Assembly (NCBI GenBank): GCA_010405405.1
Contig: MU004231.1
Span: forward strand, 62,001 to 126,000
Direction: 5' to 3'
DNA from: Microthyrium microscopicum
Taxonomy: Eukaryota
Length of the DNA: 64,000 bases
Positions 62,929 to 64,000 of the stretch are shown here, piece by piece. Position 1 is the first letter of the stretch; every line of letters begins with the position of its first letter. The notes under the pieces are model-generated. The model ran no database searches. It was not told the origin of the DNA and saw only the letters and a program-made list of their open reading frames with translations. The position numbers were made by a program, and so were the translations under genes.

Positions 62929-63404
62929 TAGATCTATTCTGTAGACGGGAGTGACATGGCAGTGTTGCTGTGAACGTTGCTTGGAGCTTTGCCAGCTCTA
63001 GAAAAAATATGCAAGTTCGGATTGAATATCTTGTGGCCTTGTAGCCTTGGCGCTCTAGCTTGGATGCCTTGCAGGCTAGGAAACAAGGCCGCAACCACTT
63101 TTTATTTCAGCAAACATTAGATGAAATGCTGAAATGCGCATGAGGATTATAGATGTATGACTATTACAAGAGATGGATTGCTCAATATACCAATCAATCG
63201 CGATGCTACATGTAGATTCAACGAACATGTAGCTAAAAATATATCCAATGTGATTTACTATATACGGCAATGGTGGGAATGCAACAATAATCAGTGGTGT
63301 TGCTTTAAAGTTGCTCCGAGCAAAATCCTTTTCAAGGTGGTATTTAAGCCAATGACGAGGCAAAAGTCGTAACGCCGCTCCAATAGTTTTGGTTCAGAAA
63401 GCTA

Positions 63405-63879
63405 CAGTGCCATTTAGGTTCTCTAGTCCCCCCCTCCAAAATGATGAAATGGCGCTTCACGGCGTAATTGGATGGATCTTGGGGTCAGCCCGGGCGTTAC
63501 AGTACAAATTTGTTAGATAGCACCCGCTTGCGGCCAGGCCTCAGCCCTTTCAAACCATCCTTCCTAAATACTACATCTTAGCTCGCTTTTAAAGCTCTAC
63601 TAGCAACGTAGAATATAAATTTTGAGCCGGAATTACTACTCGCTACTAACTTGAAGATATATTAAAATACTAGAAATAATAGTATTCACTAAAGGTTTGG
63701 CTCTAGAGTAGATAACATTATAACATAGGAAGTAGATGGAGTTGGCAAGATTGATCTAAGGGGCTACGCTGACAAATTTGCATACTAACGCGCTCTTCAG
63801 ATCTTCTCGCCCTCCAATCAGGCCCTGAAGCACCATTTCATAATTTCAGGGGGGGGACTAGAGAACCTAAATGGCACTG
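63405..63879. mobile_element. 475-bp non-autonomous Tc1/mariner-type MITE with TA target duplication
   Basis: 30-bp perfect TIR CAGTGCCATTTAGGTTCTCTAGTCCCCCCC extending imperfectly to about 65 bp; TA at 63403-63404 and 63880-63881; no coding capacity. Confidence 0.92.
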
Positions 63880-64000
63880 TAAGAGCTGCCCTCCTTGGGA
63901 TAGCTTACCACTTATATAATCATTTTCTCGGAGGATAATTGGAGGTCGGAGACGAGCGGCAAGCTTGGCAAGCCACGAGGCCCACGTTGCATTGAAAGGA

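Overview
Intron-containing genomic DNA of a filamentous ascomycete (Pezizomycotina-like; GT..AG introns with CTAAC-type branch points; strong RIP signature). Most of the window is conserved housekeeping genes: GPR89/GPHR-like, Rictor/AVO3, RPT6, DML1/Misato, GFA, ROT1, FAU1, SmE (absent from the ORF track), MTR10, RRN11-like, a RING-H2 ligase, a Zn2Cys6 factor, SNF7 and GUF1. There are also four secreted or cell-wall genes. The most conspicuous feature is an 11.4-kb, heavily RIP-mutated DNA transposon (6274-17665). It has 182-bp terminal inverted repeats starting TATGACGG, a 5-bp target duplication (ACAAC), subterminal tandem repeats, a decodable IS3/integrase-like (IS3EU-type) DDE transposase relic and at least two further unidentified cargo gene relics. 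A second finding is a 580-nt, probably alternative intron in a secreted cupredoxin gene. Its two ends are bridged by a ~55-nt imperfect RNA duplex with G-U pairs on the transcribed strand, and splicing versus retention would switch between a short Lys-rich and a long Lys/Ala/Pro-rich C-terminus. A 475-bp Tc1/mariner-type MITE lies near the right end. All gene models and translations were read by hand; no searches were run.
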